Shown here one piece after another: positions 36,790 through 46,463 of a stretch of 64,000 nucleotides of DNA; within the stretch, counting starts at the first letter, position 1, and every line of letters starts with the position of its first letter. This stretch comes from an uncultured Candidatus Saccharibacteria bacterium. GTDB taxonomy: Bacteria; Patescibacteriota; Minisyncoccia; Phycocordibacterales; DSPV01. The stretch covers positions 138,338 through 202,337 of the forward strand of contig CAZTXT010000001.1 of the NCBI GenBank assembly GCA_964617735.1, given 5' to 3'. Under the pieces are notes generated by a model. It searched no databases. It saw only the letters and a list, made by a program, of their open reading frames with translations, and was not told where the DNA came from. Position numbers and translations under genes: made by a program.

Positions 36790-37743
36790 TTAGGGCGGGG
36801 ATAGCAGTCGCCCTCTAAAGAACAGCGGCCGAGTGAGAATGGTGTTGGTGAACACACTGCTGCCATTCTGGCCGATGGTGATGGGAGAGCCCACGCTCGT
36901 CCAGTTGAACAGATTGCTCGAAGTCTCGATGGCAACTTGTTTGCCCGACATTCCCGTGAATTTTACGTAGTTGACATTGTTTGTCCTCATTTGCGTCAGG
37001 CAAATGAGGGTGGAGCGTAGTTTCGCTCCGGTTATGCCGTCAAATACTTCGTAAATCCCTTTGGGAAAGCTGTACCAGAGGGTAATCTCCCGCGAGTAGC
37101 CGGGGACCGCACAGTCCGGGTCGACCAGACCAATCTGGAAATACAGCACTCCGTCGCTTGAGATCCGAGAACAGCCGACGCCATTGGGTGTCGATACAAT
37201 ACTCCGTTGTCCGGTACTGTTGTTGATGGTGACATAGTCAACACTCGTGACGTCGGTACCTGCGCCGGTTATCGGCATGCACTCCGAGAGTGCCCATGAT
37301 TTCCACGAACACCCGTCGCTGCTCGGATAGAGCAATGATGAAAACGGGATGATGGGTTTCCCCGCTCCGTCGAGTTGTACCGTGAATCCCACCGGGATCC
37401 AATTCTCCACTACGGGAGAAAGGGAGCCTTGGATAGGGAAGTAGAGGAAGTACGCATGGCGACCAGCGTCACTCGTGCGTAGGGCTGTGTTAAAGAGCCA
37501 GATCATGTTGGTCCGTATCACGCTCTCAAGCGATCCCATGCTCGAGTCATAGAGCGCATTGGTGCCCATGCTTGGTCCGGAGAGATTCGACAATTGAATG
37601 TAGAATCCCGTTATTTCCCTTTGGATCTGCCCCGCGATCGCAGAGCGCGAGTTGATGGGAAGCGAGGTGAGCTCGCCGGGTTGCATGGCATCCGTCGTCC
37701 ATACAACCAGGAGCATACTGACGTATGCAATGAATCGTTTCAT
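36790..37743 (-). CDS. hypothetical secreted protein (317 aa)
   Basis: Signal peptide MKRFIAYVSMLLVVWTTDA. Beta-rich. No assignable family. Confidence 0.5.
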   Translation of the reverse strand: MKRFIAYVSMLLVVWTTDAMQPGELTSLPINSRSAIAGQIQREITGFYIQLSNLSGPSMGTNALYDSSMGSLESVIRTNMIWLFNTALRTSDAGRHAYFLYFPIQGSLSPVVENWIPVGFTVQLDGAGKPIIPFSSLLYPSSDGCSWKSWALSECMPITGAGTDVTSVDYVTINNSTGQRSIVSTPNGVGCSRISSDGVLYFQIGLVDPDCAVPGYSREITLWYSFPKGIYEVFDGITGAKLRSTLICLTQMRTNNVNYVKFTGMSGKQVAIETSSNLFNWTSVGSPITIGQNGSSVFTNTILTRPLFFRGRLLSPP

Positions 37744-37923
37744 TTGCGTTCCTTTGGTTGCAGGCCGTCGGCCTTTTGTTTATGGAGAACTTATTCCAGT
37801 TCGACTATACCACATCTTTCATGAATTTTGAATGTGCCCTAACATTGAAATAGTCAGAAAACGCCCATATATGCCCATTTATCAACAGTTTTTCCACCAT
37901 TTTTAGCACGTTCAGTGCTATAA

Positions 37924-38274
37924 TTGCGCGATATGCACATACTGGAAGACCTCCCGCAGTCAAAGGCTTTTTGGATTGCCGTTTGTGCGGCAGTAGGGTT
38001 TTCTCTCGCGGTCTTGGTGGTAGGGATTTTTTCGGGGCCGAGCGCCCTGGTGCCCAAGAGTGGGCGCCCAACGACGGAGACTCCGGTAGACACGTTCGCG
38101 CGGCAGTTTTTAGAGAACTATACGACGAAGCTTTCCAAAGATGAAAGTCAGCGGTTCGCACAGAGTTTTCTGGATACCTCGAAAAAGAAACCTCCGCTCT
38201 CCAAAGCGGAACAAGAAGCGTTCGCTGAAAGTTTTCTCAAGGCTTCGGCGACGAAAACAACGACTACGCATTGA
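37924..38274 (+). CDS. hypothetical membrane-anchored protein (116 aa)
   Basis: One TM (FWIAVCAAVGFSLAVLVVGIF). Lys/Ser-rich tail. Confidence 0.4.
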   Translation: MRDMHILEDLPQSKAFWIAVCAAVGFSLAVLVVGIFSGPSALVPKSGRPTTETPVDTFARQFLENYTTKLSKDESQRFAQSFLDTSKKKPPLSKAEQEAFAESFLKASATKTTTTH

Positions 38275-38302
38275 GCATTACTCATTTATATAATAATTTC
38301 GT

Positions 38303-39277
38303 ATGAAGAAACTCCAGCAAAATCTTTTTGACGCGATAAAAGTCGCGGCACTCGCGGCGGCTCTTACCCTCGGAGCCAATTACCTCTTCGCATGGACCAA
38401 TCCTCCATCGAGTCCTCCTTCAGGTAATGTGGCGGCTCCCCTTAATGTCAGTTCAACCGAGCAAACCAAAGCGGGACCGCTGACTCTTGGTTCGGTTAAC
38501 GGCGGTAATGCTGATGGCGGGAGTACCGTGGGCACCGGCGAGGCGATTTTACGGCTCGGCTCTCCGACCGCATCCGGCGGTCAATGGAACATAAAACGCA
38601 AGAGCTATTATGGCCCGGTCTATGCAGGAGGTATCTATGCGCCTTTCGATTATGAATTTGTCATGTATTACGGTGCTACGCCGGCTTTTTCTGTTACGAA
38701 GGACGGGGCGCTTGGTGTGAGCACTGATGAGCCGAGTGCCGGGTACAAATTTGATGTTAGAAATGGTCCCGCTTTGTTCGAAGGAGGAGCGGCTGTTTCC
38801 AATAGCTTCGCCTATGCCGACGGCAATCAAGCAACGGGCAAGGTTCTCGTTTCTGACTCAAATGGAAACGCAACCTGGGGAGGGTTTAATACCTCTTTCA
38901 TCAAATGGACTACGGTCACGTCGAATATCGGTGCGAGCAGCTACCAAGATACCGGTTTACAGCTGACGGTTACCCCGAAATTCCCTACGGATAAATTCGT
39001 CATCATCGCGAATATCAATGCGAACAACGGAAGCGCGGGCGGAGACTGCACCGTCGGATTATTCAAAGACAGCACGGCTTTAGCTGCGCCATTCGCATCG
39101 TACGACAACGGTGGCGGGGACAATGATGCCTCGACTGTGGGCGTTACCTACGTAGACACGGCAGGCAGTATGGCGGCACGCACCTATATCGTCAGGGGAT
39201 ATAACTGCTATTTCAACGCTTCTAGAAATGGAAATTATACCGGCGCTTCTACCATGACAGTTCTTGAACTCCCGTAA
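38303..39277 (+). CDS. hypothetical secreted protein (324 aa), Gly/Ser/Thr-rich, beta-rich
   Basis: N-terminal hydrophobic segment AIKVAALAAALTLGANYLFA followed by WTNPPSSPP. No known domain. Confidence 0.5.
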   Translation: MKKLQQNLFDAIKVAALAAALTLGANYLFAWTNPPSSPPSGNVAAPLNVSSTEQTKAGPLTLGSVNGGNADGGSTVGTGEAILRLGSPTASGGQWNIKRKSYYGPVYAGGIYAPFDYEFVMYYGATPAFSVTKDGALGVSTDEPSAGYKFDVRNGPALFEGGAAVSNSFAYADGNQATGKVLVSDSNGNATWGGFNTSFIKWTTVTSNIGASSYQDTGLQLTVTPKFPTDKFVIIANINANNGSAGGDCTVGLFKDSTALAAPFASYDNGGGDNDASTVGVTYVDTAGSMAARTYIVRGYNCYFNASRNGNYTGASTMTVLELP

Positions 39278-39289
39278 GCCCTACGGATC

Positions 39290-40546
39290 ATGAAGGTATC
39301 TTCCATCAGCAGGAAGGGTTTAGCTACAACCGCGATAGCCTCTATGTCTGCGCTCGCGGCGTTTTTCCTGCCCTATACTGCTTCTGCGAACATCGATGTG
39401 ACCGGTTGGTCGTGGTCGGAGAACGTCGGCTGGATCATGTTCGGCGCTCCGCAAGGGGGGACGCTCACGCTCTCTGATGCGGGTGCCGGAGAATATTTTC
39501 TCAATGGTTGGGGATGGTCGGAGAACGTCGGCTGGATAGAATTCGGCGCGTTAGCTAACTATCCCAGTGGCAATGGAACGTATTATGGGAATGCGAAGCT
39601 TGATGCAAGCGGCAATTTAAAAGGATGGGCGCGTGCGTGCGCCGGAACGGCGAATGGAGATTGTAACAGCGCAAGCCGTACCGACGGCTGGGACGGCTGG
39701 ATCAGCCTGGGCGGCACGGGCTACGGCACTCCGCAGAACATCGGATACAATCGCCAGAGCTGGTATTCATGGGGTTCAGATGTCATCGGTTGGCTTCACG
39801 TCGGATTCGATCCGTTCACCGCCGACGCAACTGTCGTTCCTCGATGCGGAGGAGGTACCGACAATACCGTTGCCATTTCGTGGAAGCCCCCGCCTCCGCC
39901 CTATGCGAGCAGTGTTTCAAGCTATACCGTCAATGTGAAAGACCAGAGCGGCAACTACCAGACCCAGACATTTGGCAACGGTTCGTCATCATACCTCGCC
40001 CAATTTTCAGGTCTAACGTCGGGGAACAGCTATACCGCCGAGGTCATCACGACCTTCAGCGGAACCTTTGGCACATCAAAATTCTCGCAGGGTTTTTCAA
40101 TTAACTCATGTCCCCAGCCCGTCAATTCCCTTGGCTGTGATTTCCAGTCGGGCGACACCTTGCAGAGCATGCAGCCGGGCAATTATCCCGAGAGCTCCTC
40201 GAACCCGCCAGTCCGGCCTTTGGTCGGCAAACCAGTCCTCTTGACCGTACATATCAGAGGAGGGAATCCGCCCTATCGTGTCGTTTGGACTGATGAAGAA
40301 TTACCCAGTTCGGGGACGACCCAGACGAGCGTGCCGGGAGGAACCTATGATGAAAATACGCAAATTTGGTCCACCGATGACTCTTTTACCCGCATTTATT
40401 CTACGGTCGGCCCCAAAACCATCGGGGCGTATGTCTACAATTACGGCAATAACTCCACCAACCTCGCCAACGCGGATATCACCTGTAGCATCAGCGGCGT
40501 GAGCCGACCGATACTCAAAGCCAAGCCGAGGTTCCAAGATTTTTGA
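39290..40546 (+). CDS. hypothetical secreted protein with tandem Trp-rich repeats (GWSWSENVGWIMFG, GWGWSENVGWIEFG) and an FN3-like domain
   Basis: Signal peptide. Two near-identical 14-aa W-rich repeats plus degenerate copies (GWDGWISLGG, GWLHVGF). ISWKPPPPPY...YTVNV resembles an FN3 strand pattern. Confidence 0.55.
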   Translation: MKVSSISRKGLATTAIASMSALAAFFLPYTASANIDVTGWSWSENVGWIMFGAPQGGTLTLSDAGAGEYFLNGWGWSENVGWIEFGALANYPSGNGTYYGNAKLDASGNLKGWARACAGTANGDCNSASRTDGWDGWISLGGTGYGTPQNIGYNRQSWYSWGSDVIGWLHVGFDPFTADATVVPRCGGGTDNTVAISWKPPPPPYASSVSSYTVNVKDQSGNYQTQTFGNGSSSYLAQFSGLTSGNSYTAEVITTFSGTFGTSKFSQGFSINSCPQPVNSLGCDFQSGDTLQSMQPGNYPESSSNPPVRPLVGKPVLLTVHIRGGNPPYRVVWTDEELPSSGTTQTSVPGGTYDENTQIWSTDDSFTRIYSTVGPKTIGAYVYNYGNNSTNLANADITCSISGVSRPILKAKPRFQDF

Positions 40547-40651
40547 GCGTTTCGGTGAGCGCCGCCTTTGTTTGCCCACAGCCGATGGAAGCGGTTTCCT
40601 GCTATACTGAAACTGCACGCGGAGTTTAGATTTTCTAACGTTGGGGGGCAT

Positions 40652-42400
40652 ATGTTTATCGAAAAAAAACAGCTCAAGGATTTCGTTCTCGATTCCGGCT
40701 TGGTTTCCTCTTCCGATTTTACGAAGGCGGAAAAAGCGTCGGAAACGGAGGGTATTTCGCTCGGCGAAGAGCTGGTGAAAGAAGGCAAGATCTCCGAAGA
40801 CGACCTGCGGCGTATGCAGGCCTACATCCTTGGCATTCCTTTCGTTGATCTACGCAATCAAAAGATAGATTTTGAAATACTCTCGCTCATCCCCGAGCCA
40901 ATCGCGCGCACCAACAACATCGTCGCGTTCCGCAAGAGCGAGGCCGGTCTTGAAGTGGCGATGCTCGATATCTCGGATCTCGCGGCGATCGATTTCGCGA
41001 AGAAGAAAGTCGGTCTCAAGATCTTGCCGAGGCTCACCAACACCGAATCGATCAAGCATGTGCTCTTGCAGTACCAAAAGAGCCTTAAAGCGGAATTCGG
41101 TGACATCATAAAAAAAGAATCCACCTCCATAAAGGCCATCAAAGAGAGTGCCGAAGATGTTTCCGAGAAGGACCTCAAGAAGATGGCGGAAGATTTGCCG
41201 GTGGTCCGGATCGTCGACACGCTCCTCAAGCACGCGATCCTCCAGAATGCTTCCGACATCCACATCGAGCAGATGGAGCATGAAGTCATCGTTCGCTATC
41301 GGATAGATGGCATCTTGCATGACACGATGGTTCTACCCCACCACGTTGGCGCGTCGCTCGTCGCGCGCATTAAAGTTCTCTCGAGTTTGCGTCTCGACGA
41401 GAAGCGTCTTCCGCAGGACGGGCGTTTCAAGGTAGAGACCGAAAGTGAGAAGGTGGCGTTCCGCGTCTCCATCCTGCCCACCTACTACGGGGAGAAGATT
41501 GTGATGCGTCTTCTCAAAGAGAATTCCACCGGCTTTACGCTCGAGGGCTTAGGCTTCCACGGCATGGCGCTCGAGGCTATTCATCAGTGTCTTAAACGAA
41601 CGACGGGGATGATCCTTTCCTCGGGTCCCACCGGTTCGGGCAAGACGACGACGCTCTATACGATGCTCGACATCCTCAACACGCCCGACGTCAATATCTC
41701 CACGATCGAGGACCCGGTGGAATATCAGATGAAGCGCATCAATCAGTCGCAGGTCAAACCCGAGATTGGATTCACGTTCGCCGCCGGCCTGCGCTCGCTG
41801 GTGCGCCAGGATCCCGACATCATCATGGTCGGTGAGATCAGAGACAATGAGACCGCCTCGCTCGCCATCAATGCCTCGCTCACCGGCCACTTGGTGCTCT
41901 CGACCCTGCATACCAACACCGCAGCCGGAGCGATTCCCCGCCTTATGGACATGAAAGTCGAGCCGTTTTTGTTGGTATCGACGCTTGCGGTAGTGATCGG
42001 ACAGCGCCTGGTGCGGCGCCTTGCCAAGGGTAAAGAGAAATATGTCATGTCTAAGTCGGAATTGGAGACGCTTCGGAAATCCGTCGACCTCGATCGCGTG
42101 CTCGAGGTGCTCAAAAAGGAGCAGATCGTCGCCAAAGGCGCCAGTTGGGGAGACATTCCCTTCTATCGGCCTTCGTCAGGGGGAGGAGAGGATGCAGGCT
42201 TCAGCGGACGTCTGGTGATCCATGAAGTTCTGCAGGTCACACCGACCATTAAAAATCTCATTATCAAAGGCGCGACATCCGACGAGCTCGAGGCGCAAGC
42301 TAAGAAAGAAGGGATGATGACCATGCTTGAAGACGGCGTGTTCAAGGCGGCGCAGGGATTGACGACGCTCGAAGAGGTTCTGCGCGTGATCAGCGAATAA
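40652..42400 (+). CDS. pilB: type IV pilus assembly ATPase PilB (GspE family) with N-terminal T2SSE_N domains. Start at ATG 40652; the track ORF is 5'-extended.
   Basis: Walker A SGPTGSGKTTT, Asp box, His box and tetracysteine-region equivalents. 582 aa. Confidence 0.9.
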   Translation: MFIEKKQLKDFVLDSGLVSSSDFTKAEKASETEGISLGEELVKEGKISEDDLRRMQAYILGIPFVDLRNQKIDFEILSLIPEPIARTNNIVAFRKSEAGLEVAMLDISDLAAIDFAKKKVGLKILPRLTNTESIKHVLLQYQKSLKAEFGDIIKKESTSIKAIKESAEDVSEKDLKKMAEDLPVVRIVDTLLKHAILQNASDIHIEQMEHEVIVRYRIDGILHDTMVLPHHVGASLVARIKVLSSLRLDEKRLPQDGRFKVETESEKVAFRVSILPTYYGEKIVMRLLKENSTGFTLEGLGFHGMALEAIHQCLKRTTGMILSSGPTGSGKTTTLYTMLDILNTPDVNISTIEDPVEYQMKRINQSQVKPEIGFTFAAGLRSLVRQDPDIIMVGEIRDNETASLAINASLTGHLVLSTLHTNTAAGAIPRLMDMKVEPFLLVSTLAVVIGQRLVRRLAKGKEKYVMSKSELETLRKSVDLDRVLEVLKKEQIVAKGASWGDIPFYRPSSGGGEDAGFSGRLVIHEVLQVTPTIKNLIIKGATSDELEAQAKKEGMMTMLEDGVFKAAQGLTTLEEVLRVISE

Positions 42401-42421
42401 TAGTGCGGAGAGTTTCTTACA

Positions 42422-43636
42422 ATGCCACAGTTCAAATTCAAGGCGGAAAAACCCAACGGAGAAGTATACGAGGGAAAGCGTTCTGCCCCCGATAAATTCG
42501 CGCTCTATCGTGAAATCAAAGCGGAAGGCGATACAGTCATCTCCACCAAAGAGGAAACAGAGAAGAAATCGATCAAGGTTCCGCTGCTGAATTTTTTCTC
42601 CCGCGTGTCCATGCACGACCGTATCCTCTTCGCTCGTAACATCGGGCTTATGCTCGAAGCAGGCCTCCCGCTCTCCCGCGCCCTCTCGGTCATCGAACGG
42701 CAGACCCCCAAAAAGAATTATAAAAAGATCATCGGAAAGATCGGCTCCGAGATAAGCCAAGGGCGCTCGCTTTCTGACGCGCTTACACTCTATCCCGCGG
42801 TATTTTCAAAGCTATTCGTCTCGATGGTCCGCGCCGGCGAGGAGAGCGGGAGCCTTCCGAAAACGCTGAAATCCATATCGAACCAGATGATGAGCACGTA
42901 CCTCCTACAGAAAAAAGTGCGCGGCGCGATGATCTATCCCGCGATCATCGTCGGCGTTATCATCATCATCAGTTTTCTGATGCTCACGTATGTCGTGCCG
43001 ACGCTCACCGCGGTTTTCGCAGATCTTAAACTTGATCTTCCGTGGAACACCAAGCTCATTATCTTTGCAAGCAATGCGATGAAAGAGCATACCATCCTAT
43101 TTGTCGGCACTTTCCTGATTCTGGCCATCGGTTTTCTTTGGATTCGCAGAGTCCCGGCAGTAAAGCGCATCCTTGACGGAATCGTCCTCAAGATCCCGGT
43201 CATCAAAGGCATCGTGCAGGAATCGAACTCCGCGCGCGCGTCCCGCACGCTCTCATCTCTTCTTTCAAGCGGGGTCGAAGTGGTGCAGGCCATAGAGATC
43301 ACTGCAGACGTACTCCCGAACACACGATTTAGGGGAGTGCTCGACCTTGCGAAAGAGCGCATCAAGAAAGGAGAGCAGCTCTCGGTGGTCTTCGCCGATC
43401 ATACCGATCTCTATCCGGTGTTCGTCGGCGAGATGATCAACATCGGAGAAGAAACGGGCAAACTGGCCGAGATGCTCGGCAACGTGGCCGACTATTATGA
43501 AGAAGAGGTATCGCAGAAGACTAAAGACCTCTCCACAATCATCGAGCCGGCGCTCATGATCGTCATCGGAACGGCCGTCGGATTTTTTGCCGTGTCGATA
43601 TTGCAACCGATGTACTCCATCGTCAACTCGATATGA
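42422..43636 (+). CDS. pilC: type IV pilus inner-membrane platform protein PilC (GspF family)
   Basis: Two T2SSF repeats, three TM segments. 404 aa. Confidence 0.9.
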   Translation: MPQFKFKAEKPNGEVYEGKRSAPDKFALYREIKAEGDTVISTKEETEKKSIKVPLLNFFSRVSMHDRILFARNIGLMLEAGLPLSRALSVIERQTPKKNYKKIIGKIGSEISQGRSLSDALTLYPAVFSKLFVSMVRAGEESGSLPKTLKSISNQMMSTYLLQKKVRGAMIYPAIIVGVIIIISFLMLTYVVPTLTAVFADLKLDLPWNTKLIIFASNAMKEHTILFVGTFLILAIGFLWIRRVPAVKRILDGIVLKIPVIKGIVQESNSARASRTLSSLLSSGVEVVQAIEITADVLPNTRFRGVLDLAKERIKKGEQLSVVFADHTDLYPVFVGEMINIGEETGKLAEMLGNVADYYEEEVSQKTKDLSTIIEPALMIVIGTAVGFFAVSILQPMYSIVNSI

Positions 43637-44103
43637 TCGGCGGTATCCAGAAGAATAATCGCGCCTTCACGATGATAGAAATGCTTATCGTAGTCGCGAT
43701 CATCTCTATTCTCGCGGGTATAACCTTAGAGACATTCTTCACTGCCAACAAGACGCAGGCGCTTGAAAAGGATACCGCGAGCATCAAGGCGATTTTGGAG
43801 CGGGCGCGGTCTCTGACTCTCTCCGCGTATGTCGACCAACCTTATGGTGTCCATCTCCAGTCCGATCGTGTCGTGCTCTTTCGTGGAAGCAGCTATGATG
43901 CGAGCACGTCGACGAATAATGTCGAGATGCTCAATGCAGCGGTCGCCATTTCGGCGCATACCCTCGCCGGGGGCGGCGATGACGTGCTCTTCCAGCGTCT
44001 CACCGGAAAAACGGACAACTCCGGAACGATCACGGTTTCGCTTTTGTCCGATTCCTCAAAATTTTTTACCATTACTATCAACAGTACGGGACTGGTGGAA
44101 TAA
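43633..44103 (+). CDS. prepilin-type N-terminal cleavage/methylation domain protein (GspH/FimT-like pseudopilin)
   Basis: RAFTMIEMLIVVAIISILAGI class III signal sequence. 156 aa. Confidence 0.7.
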   Translation: MIGGIQKNNRAFTMIEMLIVVAIISILAGITLETFFTANKTQALEKDTASIKAILERARSLTLSAYVDQPYGVHLQSDRVVLFRGSSYDASTSTNNVEMLNAAVAISAHTLAGGGDDVLFQRLTGKTDNSGTITVSLLSDSSKFFTITINSTGLVE

Positions 44104-44104
44104 T

Positions 44105-44587
44105 ATGCGCAACGAACGGCAAAAAGGAACGGGGCTCGTGGAGGTAGTCATCGCGGCGGCTATCATCACGTTAGTCGTTTTAGGACTGATGTCGGCATTC
44201 ACCCTGCATTTCAGGATCGGGCTCGATACGTCGGGGCGCATCCAGGGAGCGCTTCTTGCGGAAGAGGGCGTCGAAGCCTTCAAATTCTTGCGCGATGAGA
44301 GTTGGACGAACCGGATCGCGCCGCTTTCGACGGCGACGACGTATTATCTCGCGACTACTTCGACCGGATGGGAGGCGACGACGACGAAAAAGACCGATCT
44401 TGGAAAATTCGTCCGCACTGCGGTTCTCAATTCCGTGAACCGCGACGCAAGCGGGTTTATCGTCTCGTCGGGGGGCACAACGGACAGCGGAACCCGCCAG
44501 ATCGTCATTACCGTTTCGTGGCCGACCGCTTCGGGGACTACGACGAGGTCCATAACAACCTACCTCACCAATCTATACTCAAATTGA
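44105..44587 (+). CDS. prepilin-type pseudopilin (PilV-like). Not listed as a separate ORF; found within 43829..44587 starting at MRNERQKGTGLVEVVIAAAII.
   Basis: GTGLVEVVIAAAIITLVVLGL prepilin N-terminal motif right after the upstream stop (TAA 44101..44103). Confidence 0.6.
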   Translation: MRNERQKGTGLVEVVIAAAIITLVVLGLMSAFTLHFRIGLDTSGRIQGALLAEEGVEAFKFLRDESWTNRIAPLSTATTYYLATTSTGWEATTTKKTDLGKFVRTAVLNSVNRDASGFIVSSGGTTDSGTRQIVITVSWPTASGTTTRSITTYLTNLYSN

Positions 44588-44590
44588 TCC

Positions 44591-45106
44591 ATGCCTGCAT
44601 TAAAACACAAAGGGTTCAGCGTTGTTGAAATGATCATTTATGTGGCGTTGCTCATTCTCTTTGTGATCCTTGTCGTTGACACGATCATCCTTATGTCCGG
44701 TTCGTACCGGAAGCTCACGCTTGCCCGAACTATCGCTACCTCCGCGGCAGTCTCCATGGAGCGCATGACGCGCGAGATACGGCAGAGCACCGACGTCGAT
44801 AACGCCGCAAGTTCGCTGGATACGTCTGCCGGACGGCTAGGACTCTTGACCACGGATGATAGCGGCGCGGCGGAGACCATTTCCTTCGCGCTTGAGAATG
44901 GACGAATCAATGTCTATGAGAATGGCGTCCTCTCCGGCCCGCTGACCTCTGCTTCTGCTAGCACGACTGTGCTGCGGTTCCATCTCTATCAGAGTGGCGC
45001 ATCCAAAGCTATTCAGATACTCATGACGCTGCAAGCGCAGAATGCTTCGGAGACGCGCACCGAGACTTTTCAAACGAGCGTTGAATTGAGGAATTCTTCT
45101 TTCTAA
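44591..45106 (+). CDS. prepilin-type pseudopilin (PilW-like)
   Basis: KGFSVVEMIIYVALLILFVIL prepilin N-terminal motif. 171 aa. Confidence 0.65.
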   Translation: MPALKHKGFSVVEMIIYVALLILFVILVVDTIILMSGSYRKLTLARTIATSAAVSMERMTREIRQSTDVDNAASSLDTSAGRLGLLTTDDSGAAETISFALENGRINVYENGVLSGPLTSASASTTVLRFHLYQSGASKAIQILMTLQAQNASETRTETFQTSVELRNSSF

Positions 45107-45108
45107 CC

Positions 45109-46443
45109 ATGGTTACTACGATCTCGCTTAAAAAGAATAAACGTAAGCAGGGCCAGGTATTGTTGGGGCTGATTCTCCTGTTTTTGTTCATTTCATCAAC
45201 CATCGTGTTCGGCATTACGCGAGCGGTCTATTATCAACTCCGCTCGGTACTCGACTTCGGCGCTTCGCGCTCAAGCTACTATCTCGCCGAGGCGCTCGCG
45301 GAAGATGTGGTGTATCGCCTGAAAGCAGGGTATTCGATCCCTTCGAATACGACACTTGCGATCAGCGGCAACACGGCGACTGCGAACCTCACTGCAACAG
45401 CCAGCGGGCAGGAGCTCATCGCTACGGCGAATTGGGGAGGCTTGTACCGTTCTGTCCGTCTTGAGTTGAGCAATTCATCCGGTGTCTCTTTCTTTTATGG
45501 CGTGCAGGCGGGAAATGGCGGCGTAGTGCTCAACAACAGCTCTCTCATCAACGGAAATCTTTATTCCAATGGGTCGGTCGTCGGTTCCAATAACATCATC
45601 CGCGGAGACGTCATCTCCGCCGGTCCCACTGGTCTCATCAACGGCATCCATGCGACCAGTTCCGCCTATGCCCATACGATAACCAACAGCACGGTAGATA
45701 AGGATGCTTACTATCAGAGTTTTGCGGGAGCGACCTCGTCGGTACAAGTGAGCGGCGCGACGTGTAGCGGTGCCAACACGCACTGTTATCCCGGTAGCGC
45801 CGACCAGGCTACAAGCTCGATGCCCATTCCCGACAGCAAGATCGCCAGTTGGGAGAGCGACGCGGCTGCGGGAGGGAGTGTGACTTGCGTCTCGGGGGTC
45901 TACGAAGTCTCCTCGGACCGGACACTGGGGCCGAAAAAGATTCCCTGTGATCTGCAGATCGATCACAATACGACGCTGACCTTAGGCGGACCCCTGTGGG
46001 TAGACGGAAACGTGGTCATAAAAGGAGCGACCGTTAAAGTTTCAAGTTCGATCGTGGGCAAGACGCTTCCGATCATCGCCGATAAGGTCAGCGATCCGAA
46101 CAACGGAGGGACCATTACGATACAAACGACGAGCTCATTCGCCGGGTCGGGCTCGAACTCGTTTGTCATGTTGGTATCACAGAATCACGCTACCGAGAAT
46201 GGCTATGGGACCCTCGCTATCAACCTCACCCAATCGGGCGACGGTGATCTGCTCCTCTACGCACCCCACGGTGCTATCACGATGAACCAGTCCTCCAACA
46301 ACCTCGGCGAGGTCACCGCCTATTTGCTCACCTTCAACAATAATACCGAAGTGCACTACAGCACGGGTCTGGCACATTTGCTGTTCACGTCAGGGCCGAG
46401 CGGGGGGTATGTGCTATCCGATTGGAGAGAGGTGGTGAACTAG
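45109..46443 (+). CDS. PilX-like or large minor-pilin-associated protein (444 aa), N-terminal TM anchor
   Basis: QVLLGLILLFLFISSTIVFGI hydrophobic N-terminus, Gly/Ser/Thr/Asn-rich beta-rich body, last gene of the pilus cluster. Confidence 0.5.
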   Translation: MVTTISLKKNKRKQGQVLLGLILLFLFISSTIVFGITRAVYYQLRSVLDFGASRSSYYLAEALAEDVVYRLKAGYSIPSNTTLAISGNTATANLTATASGQELIATANWGGLYRSVRLELSNSSGVSFFYGVQAGNGGVVLNNSSLINGNLYSNGSVVGSNNIIRGDVISAGPTGLINGIHATSSAYAHTITNSTVDKDAYYQSFAGATSSVQVSGATCSGANTHCYPGSADQATSSMPIPDSKIASWESDAAAGGSVTCVSGVYEVSSDRTLGPKKIPCDLQIDHNTTLTLGGPLWVDGNVVIKGATVKVSSSIVGKTLPIIADKVSDPNNGGTITIQTTSSFAGSGSNSFVMLVSQNHATENGYGTLAINLTQSGDGDLLLYAPHGAITMNQSSNNLGEVTAYLLTFNNNTEVHYSTGLAHLLFTSGPSGGYVLSDWREVVN

Positions 46444-46463
46444 CAAGTGCTATACTGTAGTAC

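Noticed and set aside
43829-44587. Track ORF 43829..44587 (252 aa) spanning two pilin genes
   Set aside because: Its first half is an alternative frame inside the GspH-like pilin gene. Only the part after the TAA at 44101..44103 (starting MRNERQKGTGLVEVV) has a prepilin signature, so it is called as a separate gene, 44105..44587.
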